Assembly: GCA_964412845.1 (NCBI GenBank)
Contig: CAYPQM010000002.1
Coordinates: forward strand, 14,497 to 78,496
Length of the DNA: 64,000 bases
DNA from: an uncultured Streptosporangiaceae bacterium
GTDB taxonomy: Bacteria; Actinomycetota; Actinomycetes; Streptosporangiales; Streptosporangiaceae
Reading direction: 5' to 3'
The notes under the pieces were generated by a model. That model was not told the origin of the DNA and made no database searches. It saw only the letters and a list, made by a program, of their open reading frames with translations. Shown here piece by piece: positions 7,675 to 16,264 of this stretch (within the stretch, counting starts at the first letter, position 1; every line of letters starts with the position of its first letter). Made by a program: the position numbers and the translations under genes.

Positions 7675-8555
7675 TCACCGGCCCTGGGCGTCTGCGCGTC
7701 AGCTGCGGTCGGGGAAACCGGTTCGGGATCGACCATGGGCACGATGCGTCCGAAGTGCCCCTGGAACGCGGCGGTCAGCACGGCTGTCGGACCGCTGCGA
7801 TGCTTGGCCAGGATCAGATCGACCTCACCGAGGCGCGGGGTGTCGCGCTTGTCGGTGTCGGGGCGGTGGACGAGGATCACGAGGTCCGCGTCGTGTGCGT
7901 AGGTGTGGCGTGCCCCAAAGTCGGCCAGAGTGGGCGGGTCGTAGTAGTTCTTCGGCGTGCGGGGCGCCAGGTGAGTGGTCACGATGACGTGCATCTGGCG
8001 GTTGATGGCCCAGGCCTTCAGGAGGTGGGATGCCGCTGCGGTCCGCTCGTGGATCAGGCGCGGGTCGGAACCGGCGTCGAGCAGGTCAACGCCGTCGATC
8101 ACCAGGAGCTCGGGGGCGCCGTCGTCGTAGGCATCGAGGTACCTCTCGATGTCGGCGAAGGTGAGGGGGCTGTCGAGGATCAGCGGCAGCGGTTCGGCCT
8201 GGATGCGCTTGCGGGTCGCCTCCATCCGGGCGGCCTCGGCCGGCGCGGACACACCGGCGGTGATCCAGTGCATGGCCACCTGGGATTCGGCGGCAGCGAA
8301 ACGCCGAGCGGTGTCGTCGACCGAGCTCTGCAGGGCGGCGAAGTAGGTCTCGCGCTTGGCGGCAACGGCGGCGCGGGTGAGAGTGAGGGCGAGGGTGCTG
8401 CATCCGTGACTGGGCCGTCCGGCGATGACGGTGAGGTGTCCGGGCTGCAAGCCGCCCGTGAGGGTGTCGAGGTCGGGGAAGCCGGTAGGGATCCCAGCGG
8501 CGATGCTGTGGAGACCGTCGGTGACGGCATCGTGAATGTTGTGTGAGAGATCCAT
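7671..8555 (-). CDS. DnaB-like helicase C-terminal (RecA-fold) domain protein with a degenerate Walker A
   Basis: PTGFPDLDTLTGGLQPGHLTVIAGRPSHGCSTLAL (Walker A with Cys in place of Lys) and Walker B LLVIDGVDLL. Start is MDLSHN. Confidence 0.8.
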   Translation of the reverse strand: MDLSHNIHDAVTDGLHSIAAGIPTGFPDLDTLTGGLQPGHLTVIAGRPSHGCSTLALTLTRAAVAAKRETYFAALQSSVDDTARRFAAAESQVAMHWITAGVSAPAEAARMEATRKRIQAEPLPLILDSPLTFADIERYLDAYDDGAPELLVIDGVDLLDAGSDPRLIHERTAAASHLLKAWAINRQMHVIVTTHLAPRTPKNYYDPPTLADFGARHTYAHDADLVILVHRPDTDKRDTPRLGEVDLILAKHRSGPTAVLTAAFQGHFGRIVPMVDPEPVSPTAADAQTPRAGE

Positions 8556-9094
8556 CAGGCGTCCTTGGACTCGGGATTGATGTGGGATGCGCCAGCGGCA
8601 GCGCGCGCCGCGTCTGCGGCGGCCAGGTCGTACTCGGTCCAGCCATCGGCCCACTGGGCGGGGCCCATGGCGGCGCTGATCCAGTCGTTGCCCGGGAAGG
8701 CGTGTGCCTCGAAGCCGAACGCGCGCGGCTCGTTCTTGGCGGGATGCTTGGCCAGCACGACGCAGGAGAAGATCTCGAGCAGCTCGGGAGGCGTCCACGG
8801 CGCGCGCCGGATGTAGGTCTTGCCGTCCTCGAAGAAGTCCGGCGTCTCCGGGGCCGCGGCCTGCTCGGCCAGGGCGACCTTCCGCATGAAGCGCTCGCTG
8901 ACGTCAGCAGGAGTGCGCGCTCGGATCGCCAAGGCCTCCGGGGAGCCGAGACTCGACGCGGCGAGCAGCTCATCGAAGTCATCGACGGCGGCGCGGAGCG
9001 TCTTGGCCGGGAGCTCGAACAACTCGGACTCGGGGTAGGCGTCCAGCCAGCCGCGGATCTCTTCGATGGCGGTCGACGGGTCCGTGGCCGCCAT
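8555..9094 (-). CDS. Hypothetical protein (179 aa)
   Basis: Track ORF. TGATG overlaps at both ends. Confidence 0.7.
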   Translation of the reverse strand: MAATDPSTAIEEIRGWLDAYPESELFELPAKTLRAAVDDFDELLAASSLGSPEALAIRARTPADVSERFMRKVALAEQAAAPETPDFFEDGKTYIRRAPWTPPELLEIFSCVVLAKHPAKNEPRAFGFEAHAFPGNDWISAAMGPAQWADGWTEYDLAAADAARAAAGASHINPESKDA

Positions 9095-9921
9095 CAGAGG
9101 TCGTCCCGCCCCACTCGGGTCATGGGGCCGAAGTGCTGCTGGACCTCGTTGGCGTTGGCGTCGCCGGGGTGGAGGGTGCGCAGCGTTCCGTTGGGGAGCG
9201 TCACCCAGGGGTCGCCCTCGCTGTCGCGCCAGAAGGTGCCGCCGGGGCCCGGGAACTGCGGCACGACAGGCTCGGGCTGGCCGACGCGGGTGATCGGCTT
9301 CTCATCGACGTAGATGTACTCGTCGCTGACAGCGCCGTTGGCACCCGACAGAACCACCCAGGCCGCGTACTCGCCGGGCGTGGTTCCGGGGGCGATCGGG
9401 ATCTCGCCCTGGGCGACCTGGTCGAAGGCGCAGGTCTCGCCGTACGGGAGACGGTCGCAGTCCGGTCCGTGGGTGATCGTGTAGTTCCAGGTGCCGTCGG
9501 CACGCTGGTCGCTGACGACGATGGTGTGGATCGCGAAGGGGTTCGGCTCGGGCTCGTGGCCGGCGCGCCAGGCCAGCAGCTGGTTCACGAACCAAGTGGA
9601 CGTGGCGGCCTTGACGAGGCCGACGCGCGGGTTCCGCTCGGGGTCGTCGTCGACCTCGTCAGTGAAGTACACGTCGTGGTCCGTGAGCAGCTGGTCCAGG
9701 AGGATCGCGCTGCCGGTGCCAGGCATCGTGATCACGCGGTCAACGAACGCTTCGGCCCAGGCCTGGTTGTAGGCGGCGCGCTCCTGGGGCGTGATGTTCG
9801 CCGGCCAGGTCATGCTCAGGGCCGCGCGGAGCACGTCGGCCGCGTTCGGGGCGTTGGTGACCAGCAAGTCCATGGACTGCCTGGGGTCGCTCAGGGGCGC
9901 TTCGACGGTGGTGTCGGTCAT
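9094..9921 (-). CDS. Hypothetical protein (275 aa)
   Basis: Start is MTDTTVEAP, preceded by GAAGGAA. Frame of track ORF 9094..9954. Confidence 0.7.
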   Translation of the reverse strand: MTDTTVEAPLSDPRQSMDLLVTNAPNAADVLRAALSMTWPANITPQERAAYNQAWAEAFVDRVITMPGTGSAILLDQLLTDHDVYFTDEVDDDPERNPRVGLVKAATSTWFVNQLLAWRAGHEPEPNPFAIHTIVVSDQRADGTWNYTITHGPDCDRLPYGETCAFDQVAQGEIPIAPGTTPGEYAAWVVLSGANGAVSDEYIYVDEKPITRVGQPEPVVPQFPGPGGTFWRDSEGDPWVTLPNGTLRTLHPGDANANEVQQHFGPMTRVGRDDL

Positions 9922-10046
9922 CAGAATTCCTTCGTGCCGCTGCGGCGACGTCATCGTGGGCTGATCTTCCAGGCATGCCGGAAGAAGGATGGTGAAGGGG
10001 GATCTTGGACAGCTGCAGAACGCAGCGTCTTGTGTCTAACGAGGTA

Positions 10047-10078
10047 GCCCCGGCTCGGGTAGCTCCCGAAGCCGGGGC
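10047..10078 (-). terminator. Long GC hairpin (GCCCCGGCT...AGCCGGGGC) downstream of the 10089..11006 gene
   Basis: 9-bp perfect stem, extendable with one bulge. Lies between two minus-strand genes. Confidence 0.5.
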
Positions 10079-10088
10079 GAAAGCCGGT

Positions 10089-11006
10089 TCAGGTCCGGGC
10101 GGTGCGGATCGCCTCGGCGAGGTCCAGGATCGCGATGCAGAGCGCTTCGGTGGCGGCGAGCTGGACGGAGTCCTGGCGGGTGACGTTGTCGCCGGGGATG
10201 GAGTGCAGGAGGTGCTCGGCCCGGCCGGCGGCGGTCCGCGGCTTGTACTCGTGGCGGCCACCCCTGGCCAGCGCCCGGCCGATCGTGGCCAGGCCGTCGA
10301 GGGGCCCAACCGGCAGGTACCTGCCCTCGTTCTCGGAGAGACCCTCGTCGTCCTCGGCGAAGATCCACACGTCGCCGTCGCGGAGCGTGGCCACGACGCC
10401 CGGCCGGTACTCCCCCTCCCAGTCGCCCGACTCGTCGTCGTAGTGGCGGGTGTCCTGCGCGGGGAAGATCGGCACGCAGAGCGCGCCGTCGTCGCTGTTG
10501 CGGACCGCCACCTTCTTGTCGACGGGCACGCCGATGGCCTCGAACGCGTCCCAGATCCTCTGGAAGTCGGCGGCGGCCGTCTCCTGCGCGGCCGCGGTGC
10601 GCCTGGTCTCCTCGTGGTCGAAGGCGGCGGCAGCGCGCGCCGCCAGTTCGCTGGTGTCGTTCATCGGGACTGCTTCCTGATCAGTGGCCGGCCGCGGTCG
10701 GCTGGCCGAAGTGAGTCGCCCGCCGGGTGTTGATCCCGGGTCTGCCTCGGTGCCGTCAGCGGTGTGGAACCGCTTGGCCTCGGCCTCGCGCATCCGCTTG
10801 CACAGCTTGCACTCGAACATGCAACGCGTCTCGATCAGCTGTACCGCCTCGTCGAAGGTGCACTCGGTGAGGTCCGGACAGTTGCCGCGGCCGACGCCGT
10901 TGCGCAACCGCTGGTAGTTCGCGACGGTCGCGCATCGCATGGTGTGGGCGACTCCGCGTCCCTGGCTGCTCAGGTGGGCGGTGCGGGTGGCGGTCGCGGT
11001 GGTCAT
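10089..11006 (-). CDS. Hypothetical protein (305 aa) with a Cys-rich N-terminal third; first gene leftward of an operator region
   Basis: Single open frame. N-terminus reads CATVANYQ..NCPDLTECTFDE..CMFECKLCKR. An internal M (MNDTSEL) is a possible alternative start. Confidence 0.65.
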   Translation of the reverse strand: MTTATATRTAHLSSQGRGVAHTMRCATVANYQRLRNGVGRGNCPDLTECTFDEAVQLIETRCMFECKLCKRMREAEAKRFHTADGTEADPGSTPGGRLTSASRPRPATDQEAVPMNDTSELAARAAAAFDHEETRRTAAAQETAAADFQRIWDAFEAIGVPVDKKVAVRNSDDGALCVPIFPAQDTRHYDDESGDWEGEYRPGVVATLRDGDVWIFAEDDEGLSENEGRYLPVGPLDGLATIGRALARGGRHEYKPRTAAGRAEHLLHSIPGDNVTRQDSVQLAATEALCIAILDLAEAIRTART

Positions 11007-11022
11007 GTCGGAGCCCTTCTCG

Positions 11023-11091
11023 CTAAAGTCACTTTTTGTGACTCTAGAACCATGCTCTCACCAGCCGCTTCTAAAGTCAACGAATGTGACT
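11023..11091. promoter_or_regulatory. Two copies of a 21-bp operator-like site, CTAAAGTCA-N5-TGTGACT, in an AT-rich divergent intergenic region
   Basis: The copies are at 11023..11043 (CTAAAGTCACTTTTTGTGACT) and 11071..11091 (CTAAAGTCAACGAATGTGACT), 48 bp apart. Each contains the inverted half-sites AGTCA/TGACT. Confidence 0.6.
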
Positions 11092-11149
11092 TACGATGGG
11101 CTGGGAACCACCCCACCGATCTGCGATCATGTGCCGAGTGGAGGACGTG

Positions 11150-11362
11150 ATGAGTCGACTAGCCGCTCAAGCCGCGCGCGAAGCCGGCGAGCGCGCCAGG
11201 ACCGAGGCCCTCATCGTCGAGGCGTACGGCGACGACCGCAGCCTCCGCGACATCGCGCGCACCGTCGAGCTCAGCCACGAGCAAGTGCGCCGAATCCTGA
11301 CGCGCCACGGAGTCGAGATCCGCGGCCGCGGTCGCGCCGCCCAGCCGAAGCCCGCCGAGTAG
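11150..11362 (+). CDS. Small helix-turn-helix DNA-binding protein (70 aa)
   Basis: MSRLAAQ... with DRSLRDIARTVELSHEQVRRILTRHG (HTH). GGAGGA lies 5 nt upstream. Divergent from the operator pair. Confidence 0.75.
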   Translation: MSRLAAQAAREAGERARTEALIVEAYGDDRSLRDIARTVELSHEQVRRILTRHGVEIRGRGRAAQPKPAE

Positions 11363-11376
11363 GACTCGTCACCACA

Positions 11377-11508
11377 TCAGGGCTTCGCCCAAAAGCGGCT
11401 CATCGCCCGGTTCATCTTCTTCTCCGCGCGGCGCCGCTGCTTCGGAGTGAGGAGCGACTCCGGCCCTTTACTACGGGTGTAGACCGCGATACGGCGCTGT
11501 GTGTCCAC
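11377..11508 (-). CDS. Possible small basic protein (43 aa), GTG start overlapping the upstream TAG
   Basis: Hand translation: VDTQRRIAVYTRSKGPESLLTPKQRRRAEKKMNRAMSRFWAKP. Below the track's length cut-off. Confidence 0.3.
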   Translation of the reverse strand: MDTQRRIAVYTRSKGPESLLTPKQRRRAEKKMNRAMSRFWAKP

Positions 11509-11999
11509 TAGTCCACGCCTTCGGACAGTTCTTCGTCGACGCGTTTCCAGCCACCGACGGAACGCCGGTACAGGTAGTTCTGGCAGTCGGGGTCCTCAGC
11601 GAAGTGGCGCGCGTCGGCTTCCCGCATGATGTGGTTCGAGTCGTAGGGGTCGACGTCGTCGCCGAGCGTCCACTCCGGGCGCATTCCGTTGAGCTGCCGG
11701 CGCGCCTCGGCCAGCTTGGCGCATGTGGAGTCGTAGACGTCGAGCAGCGCACGCAGCTCATCCAGCGTCGTCTCGGGCTGTGGGAGGTCGTGGTCGAAGG
11801 CGAACGGACGTGCCGGTCCAAGCAGTTGCGGCGCCAGCTGGACCACGTAGCTGTGGCGGTAGTGCGTCGGCGGGCTGATGTCGTCGGGACCGATCGCGGC
11901 CGAGGCCCTCTCGATCTCCCGGACCCGGGCCCGGAGCCACGCCAGGGCCGTATCGGCGAGCGCTTGGCGTGTACTGACCGCCGGCCCGGCTGCGTTCAC
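11508..11999 (-). CDS. Hypothetical protein (163 aa), GTG start
   Basis: V68 of track ORF 11508..12200 is a GTG in a GTGA overlap with the upstream stop. Confidence 0.6.
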   Translation of the reverse strand: MNAAGPAVSTRQALADTALAWLRARVREIERASAAIGPDDISPPTHYRHSYVVQLAPQLLGPARPFAFDHDLPQPETTLDELRALLDVYDSTCAKLAEARRQLNGMRPEWTLGDDVDPYDSNHIMREADARHFAEDPDCQNYLYRRSVGGWKRVDEELSEGVD

Positions 12000-12277
12000 A
12001 GGGTCACCGCCGGGTCGAGATTCATGCAGGCGTTGTCCGGCAGCTCGGCGCCGTCCTCGTGCGGGATCGTCCAGGCGCCGACGCCGTCGAGCACAACAAG
12101 CGCGCCGACAGTCCAGGTTGGCGGCCGCGGGTTGGTACCTTCGAGGCCCTGGACGTTGCGAAGGTCGTGATCTTCGATGACGGCGCCGCACCAGCCACAA
12201 CGCTGGCGCAGGTGCGGGCCGATCTGGATGTCAGTGCCTGCGATGTGAGTGATCTGGCCCCTGGGCTCCTGCATCAT
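11996..12277 (-). CDS. Hypothetical protein (93 aa)
   Basis: Track ORF, MMQEPRGQITH... Confidence 0.65.
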   Translation of the reverse strand: MMQEPRGQITHIAGTDIQIGPHLRQRCGWCGAVIEDHDLRNVQGLEGTNPRPPTWTVGALVVLDGVGAWTIPHEDGAELPDNACMNLDPAVTL

Positions 12278-12283
12278 CGGGCC

Positions 12284-12628
12284 TCAGCTGAACTTGGAGG
12301 TCAGTCGCCACAGGGGCGTCTGGTCAGTCAGGTTGTAGTCGAGCACGGCCGCGGCGGCGGCCAGCTGCTCGGCGGCGTCCGGCGGCAGTTCCAGGGACTC
12401 GATCTCTGTGGCTGCGCCGGCCGTGTTGTGGTGCGATGCAACAGCGAGGATCGTGGCGCCCGTGTGGTCGTCGTAGACGAGGGTGACGGGGTTCTCGATT
12501 CCGGCCGCGCGGAGTGACCGGGTGCCGTATTCGCCGATGTCGTCCAGGTCGTCGTTGTCGTGCCAGTGCGGGGACTGGTTGGTGACGTCGTGGCCGTACG
12601 TGAGTGCGGCTCTGGCGCTGTAGCCCAT
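12284..12628 (-). CDS. Hypothetical protein (114 aa)
   Basis: MGYSARAAL..., the C-terminal part of track ORF 12284..12691. Overlaps the upstream stop. Confidence 0.65.
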   Translation of the reverse strand: MGYSARAALTYGHDVTNQSPHWHDNDDLDDIGEYGTRSLRAAGIENPVTLVYDDHTGATILAVASHHNTAGAATEIESLELPPDAAEQLAAAAAVLDYNLTDQTPLWRLTSKFS

Positions 12629-13158
12629 CAGGTCTGTCCTCCGTGTTGGTTGTCGGCGCGGTTCTCGGCGTTGTCGGAGCCGTGTGCCCACAGCGCGCGC
12701 CCGGTGCCGTCGCCGGTGAGCCAGTCGGGCAGGACGTCCCAGGACAGTCCGTCGCCGAAGACGTCGTCGTCGCCGATGAAGTCGCGCAGCCGGTTGAAGA
12801 TGACCTTGGTGAGGTCGCGTGCGTCGTCGATCAGCGTGTCGGGCGCGATGTCGCGCCAGCGGTGGCCGTTGCCGTCGTCGTGGTCGCCGTCGTGGCCGTC
12901 GTTGAGGGTGCAGACATGATCGCCTTCCCAGTCTTCCGTTTCGCAGGGAAGGTGGATGTCGTGCTGGCGGAAGGCTGCGATGATCGCGGGCTCAGTGGAG
13001 TACTGAGCGAGGCTGTCGTGGTGGGTGTCCCAGTCCTCGCTGCGTAGCAGGCTGATGAGGTCCGAGCACACCTCGGTGACGACGTCGTCCGGGGCGCCGC
13101 TCTCCAGGAGAGAGTCGGCCACCCGCTCGAAGATGGTCCCTGCTGTTCCCCAGCCCAT
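12628..13158 (-). CDS. Hypothetical acidic His/Asp-rich protein (176 aa)
   Basis: Track ORF. Confidence 0.7.
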   Translation of the reverse strand: MGWGTAGTIFERVADSLLESGAPDDVVTEVCSDLISLLRSEDWDTHHDSLAQYSTEPAIIAAFRQHDIHLPCETEDWEGDHVCTLNDGHDGDHDDGNGHRWRDIAPDTLIDDARDLTKVIFNRLRDFIGDDDVFGDGLSWDVLPDWLTGDGTGRALWAHGSDNAENRADNQHGGQT

Positions 13159-13559
13159 CAGGCACCGCCGCCGGTCGGGATGACGACGATCAGCGCGGCT
13201 CCGTGAACGACGTGGCCGGCACGGATGACGGTGAGGGTGCCTGGCTGTGCGTCGAACCAGAGGTCGGTGAACGGGAAGTGCTCGTCCTCGTCGGCGATAT
13301 CGGACGCGTCGGCGCCGGTGACGGAGACCAGACGAAGGCTGACGCCGCTCGCGCTGCGCTCGTCCGCCTCGGCGAGGTAGGTCAGGCCGATGCCGACGTC
13401 CTCGGCTGAAGCGCTGAGAACGACGTCGCCGGCCTGGAGCGGATACCAGGGCTGCGCCTCAAGGTTGTCCTCGGCGGCCTGCAGAACCGTCATAGCAGTG
13501 CCGAGGTGGCTATGGTGCATCGCTTTGATGGCAGTCTCGTTTGGGGACTGGTCGGTCAT
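13158..13559 (-). CDS. Hypothetical protein (133 aa)
   Basis: Track ORF. Confidence 0.7.
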   Translation of the reverse strand: MTDQSPNETAIKAMHHSHLGTAMTVLQAAEDNLEAQPWYPLQAGDVVLSASAEDVGIGLTYLAEADERSASGVSLRLVSVTGADASDIADEDEHFPFTDLWFDAQPGTLTVIRAGHVVHGAALIVVIPTGGGA

Positions 13560-13602
13560 GAGGGTCTCGATCCTGATCGTGAGTCAGCGCGCACTGTGCT
13601 GC

Positions 13603-14241
13603 TCATGAGCGGCCCCCCAGCGCGAACTCGGTCTTGTCCTGGGTGGGCTGCTGCTGCTCTGCCTCGGTGAGGTCGTCAACGTTCACGGCGCCGCGGATAC
13701 GTTCCAGGAGCTCGCGGCCCTCCTTGACGGCGCATGGCCGGGATGACAGGTGCGTCTCGCAGTCGCCGTGGTGGTTGGGGACGCAGGGGTCGTCCTGGTG
13801 GTCGACGAGGCGGCCGAGGACGTTCAGCATGGCGGACTGGTCGGCGGCGGCAATCGGGGTGGTGCGCGCGCCCAGCTGGTCAACGAGGGTGAGGACAACG
13901 TCGAGATCGTCGTCAGCGCTCGGGACCACGGGTCGGGGTACGAGTCCCGCGTCGTATTTGATGGCGTTGCGCAGCTGGCGGTCCTCGGCGCGCGCCCGGA
14001 TCCGGTTCAGCACCGTGATGTCTGGGATGGGCTGGCCGAGGCGCTCGATGCGCTGGATGGCGTCGCGGATGTCGCCGGCGTGCAGCGGGACGTATTCGCC
14101 GATCTCTCCGGCCCACTGGGCTTCGTGGCCGTGCTGGCAGGCCACGACGGCGGTTCCGTGGCCAGCCCGTGCGTAGGCGCCGTACCAGGCGCGCAGCCGG
14201 TCCAAGACCGTGCCGGTTGCGGGGCGTGGGCGGTCAGTCAT
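13603..14241 (-). CDS. Hypothetical protein (212 aa)
   Basis: MTDRPRPATG..., the C-terminal part of track ORF 13603..14409. Confidence 0.7.
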   Translation of the reverse strand: MTDRPRPATGTVLDRLRAWYGAYARAGHGTAVVACQHGHEAQWAGEIGEYVPLHAGDIRDAIQRIERLGQPIPDITVLNRIRARAEDRQLRNAIKYDAGLVPRPVVPSADDDLDVVLTLVDQLGARTTPIAAADQSAMLNVLGRLVDHQDDPCVPNHHGDCETHLSSRPCAVKEGRELLERIRGAVNVDDLTEAEQQQPTQDKTEFALGGRS

Positions 14242-14767
14242 CGGTGTCCTCGGGGGTGCGGGGTGCGGGGTTGGTGACGGCGTCGCCGGTGATGCGGGCG
14301 CGTTCCTTGGCTGCTTCGAGCTCGGCCATGCGGATCTCGAGTTCGATGGCTGCGGCGCGTGCTTCGGCTTCGGCACCTCGGCGCCGGCGCAGCTCGGCCA
14401 GGTCGTCACGGATACGGCGGGCAGCGGCCCGGACGCGGAGGTTGTCGTGGCGGCTGCCCCAGTCGAGCAGGTCGCCGACGGTATCCGTGATCGGCTCGGT
14501 TGTCGCGCCGGTAGCCGCGGTTGTTGCCGTCCGGGTTGTCGTTTTGGTTGTCGTTCCGGTTGTCCGTGGCGTGCGGGGGCGCGACCGTGAAGCGGAGGTG
14601 CCGGCGCGCGCCGTGAGCGGTCCGTGGGTGGCGTTGTCGAGGGCGTCTTGGACGTCGCGCTCGTTCAGGCCGGTCTGCTTGGCGATCTCCGCGACGGTCT
14701 TTCCGGCGGCTCGGAGGCCGACGACGTGGGTGTGCGGGAGTTCGGGTAGGACGGCGGGCGCTGTCAT
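14234..14767 (-). CDS. HTH DNA-binding protein with a Thr-rich linker and a coiled-coil C-terminus (177 aa)
   Basis: LRAAGKTVAEIAKQTGLNERDVQDAL (sigma-region-4/LuxR-like HTH). Start is MTAPAV. Confidence 0.7.
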   Translation of the reverse strand: MTAPAVLPELPHTHVVGLRAAGKTVAEIAKQTGLNERDVQDALDNATHGPLTARAGTSASRSRPRTPRTTGTTTKTTTRTATTAATGATTEPITDTVGDLLDWGSRHDNLRVRAAARRIRDDLAELRRRRGAEAEARAAAIELEIRMAELEAAKERARITGDAVTNPAPRTPEDTDD

Positions 14768-14934
14768 TCGGCGTCCGGTGCGGCGGTCAGGGCGGTGTGC
14801 TGGGCGTCGGCGGCGCGGAGGCGCTCGTAGGCGTTGGGAACCGCCGCCAGGAGCTCGGTCAGGTCGGCGGGTGTCCGGGGCTGCCACTCGACCAGCAGGC
14901 CGTCAGGGGCGCGGTGTCGTGCGCGACCGGTCAT
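14764..14934 (-). CDS. Possible small protein (56 aa)
   Basis: Hand translation MTGRARHRAPDGLLVEWQPRTPADLTELLAAVPNAYERLRAADAQHTALTAAPDAE. ATGA overlaps at both ends. Confidence 0.4.
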   Translation of the reverse strand: MTGRARHRAPDGLLVEWQPRTPADLTELLAAVPNAYERLRAADAQHTALTAAPDAE

Positions 14935-15224
14935 GATCGTCGGGTCCTGTCGTCGTCGGGGGCCGGCCAGTGGCGGCCGATGACGCGGTCGACGCGCTGG
15001 TCGGGCCGGTGGGCATGGCGGAGTGCTTCGGCTTGGAGGCGGCGGGCGCGGACGTCCCGCAGGTTCGGGATGGGCAGCGCGACCGCCGCGGCGTAGAGCG
15101 CGCCGGCGAGAAGCCCGAGGAGAACGCTGCCTGTGAGCAGTGCTGCCAGCGCGAAGGCGGTGGCGAACACGGCGACGTCCCGGGCGCGCGCGCCGAAGCC
15201 GGGCCAGGAGCGGCGGGGCGTCAC
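14931..15224 (-). CDS. Membrane protein (97 aa), GTG start
   Basis: V159 of track ORF 14931..15698. Hydrophobic core VAVFATAFALAALLTGSVLLGLLAGALYAAAVAL. GTGA overlap. Confidence 0.5.
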   Translation of the reverse strand: MTPRRSWPGFGARARDVAVFATAFALAALLTGSVLLGLLAGALYAAAVALPIPNLRDVRARRLQAEALRHAHRPDQRVDRVIGRHWPAPDDDRTRRS

Positions 15225-15706
15225 GGCTGGTTCCTCCGCGCAGCGGTCCTGGCCGCCGTTTCGGGCTCGGGTTGGGTTTCCCACTGGGCCATCAGCAGGT
15301 TTCGGGCTCTGCTCGCCGTGGCGGCGTTCGCCACGATGGTGACCCAGCCGATCACGAGGTAGACGATCGATGTCTTGGCGTGGCCGGTCAGTGCCTTGTA
15401 CATCGCCCAGGCCCACAGGAGGCTGGTGGCCGTTCCCGCGGCGTAGGAGAGGCGCTGCCAGACGCGAGGGCTCCGGCGGAGTCGTTGCACGCGCATCTGG
15501 GTGTGGTCTGAGAGGACGTCGGCGTTCCACAGGGCCACGGCCCAGAGCACGAAAGCGCTCGCCGCAGTGCCCAGCAGGATGGACGACGCCAGGGGGTGGG
15601 ATGTCAGCAGGGCTACGAGTGACGCGATGGCGGTCAGGACGGACGTGAGTGCGGCGATGCACATCACGACGCGCCAGACGAGGGCGCGGGTCGAGCACGA
15701 GTCCAT
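15221..15706 (-). CDS. Multi-pass membrane protein (161 aa)
   Basis: From MDSCSTRALVW. Four hydrophobic segments. Confidence 0.7.
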   Translation of the reverse strand: MDSCSTRALVWRVVMCIAALTSVLTAIASLVALLTSHPLASSILLGTAASAFVLWAVALWNADVLSDHTQMRVQRLRRSPRVWQRLSYAAGTATSLLWAWAMYKALTGHAKTSIVYLVIGWVTIVANAATASRARNLLMAQWETQPEPETAARTAARRNQP

Positions 15707-15780
15707 GGGGATGCTCCGGGGTTCCGGCGGGGAGAGCGCCGGGGCGGCATGTGCCGCCCCGGCGCCGGTGGCGGGGTGGA

Positions 15781-16200
15781 TCAGTCGGCGACGGTGCGGA
15801 CCTCGTCGGCCATCTCGCGCTGGCGGCCGCACTGGTAGGTGCCGGGGACGAACTGGAAGGCGCCGTGCTCCGGGTGGAGCATGAACGCCTCGGAGCCCTC
15901 GGGGACGCGCAGGGTGCCGAGCGCCAGGCCGCCGTTGTTCGGGGCGGGCTCGTAGTAGATCGGTCCGTTGCCGTGCAGGCTGTGGGTGTTGCCGCCGTTC
16001 TCGCCGGCGACGACGGCGACGCCGTCGGCCGGGACGGGCTCGGTGCCCTCGGCGATCACGGGCAGGTCGGTGCCGATGCGCAGGATGCTGACGTCGCCCT
16101 GGCAGGCCGCCGTGGTCACGACGGGGATGGCGGCCTCGAGGTCGAGGTGCTCCAGGACGTCGACGCCGGTGGCGTCGGTCAGCTCGGCGAGTGTGGTCAT
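15781..16200 (-). CDS. Hypothetical protein (139 aa), beta-rich
   Basis: Track ORF with ..CQGDVSILRIG.. and GENGGNTHSLHG. Family not identified. Confidence 0.75.
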   Translation of the reverse strand: MTTLAELTDATGVDVLEHLDLEAAIPVVTTAACQGDVSILRIGTDLPVIAEGTEPVPADGVAVVAGENGGNTHSLHGNGPIYYEPAPNNGGLALGTLRVPEGSEAFMLHPEHGAFQFVPGTYQCGRQREMADEVRTVAD

Positions 16201-16264
16201 CAGTGTCTGCCTCTCGTGATGAGGGGTGACCGGGATCCGCGGGTGCGGTCCCGGGGTCTGTGGG

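Noticed and set aside
10089-11006. Splitting the 305-aa ORF into two genes: a Cys-rich N-terminal part and a part starting at MNDTSEL.
   Set aside because: There is no in-frame stop and no clear internal ribosome-binding site. I kept it as one CDS with the alternative noted.
14764-15224. The 56-aa and 97-aa overlapping pair as a toxin-antitoxin module.
   Set aside because: Neither product has a recognisable toxin or antitoxin motif. The larger product is a membrane protein, and the pair is part of a longer coupled gene chain.
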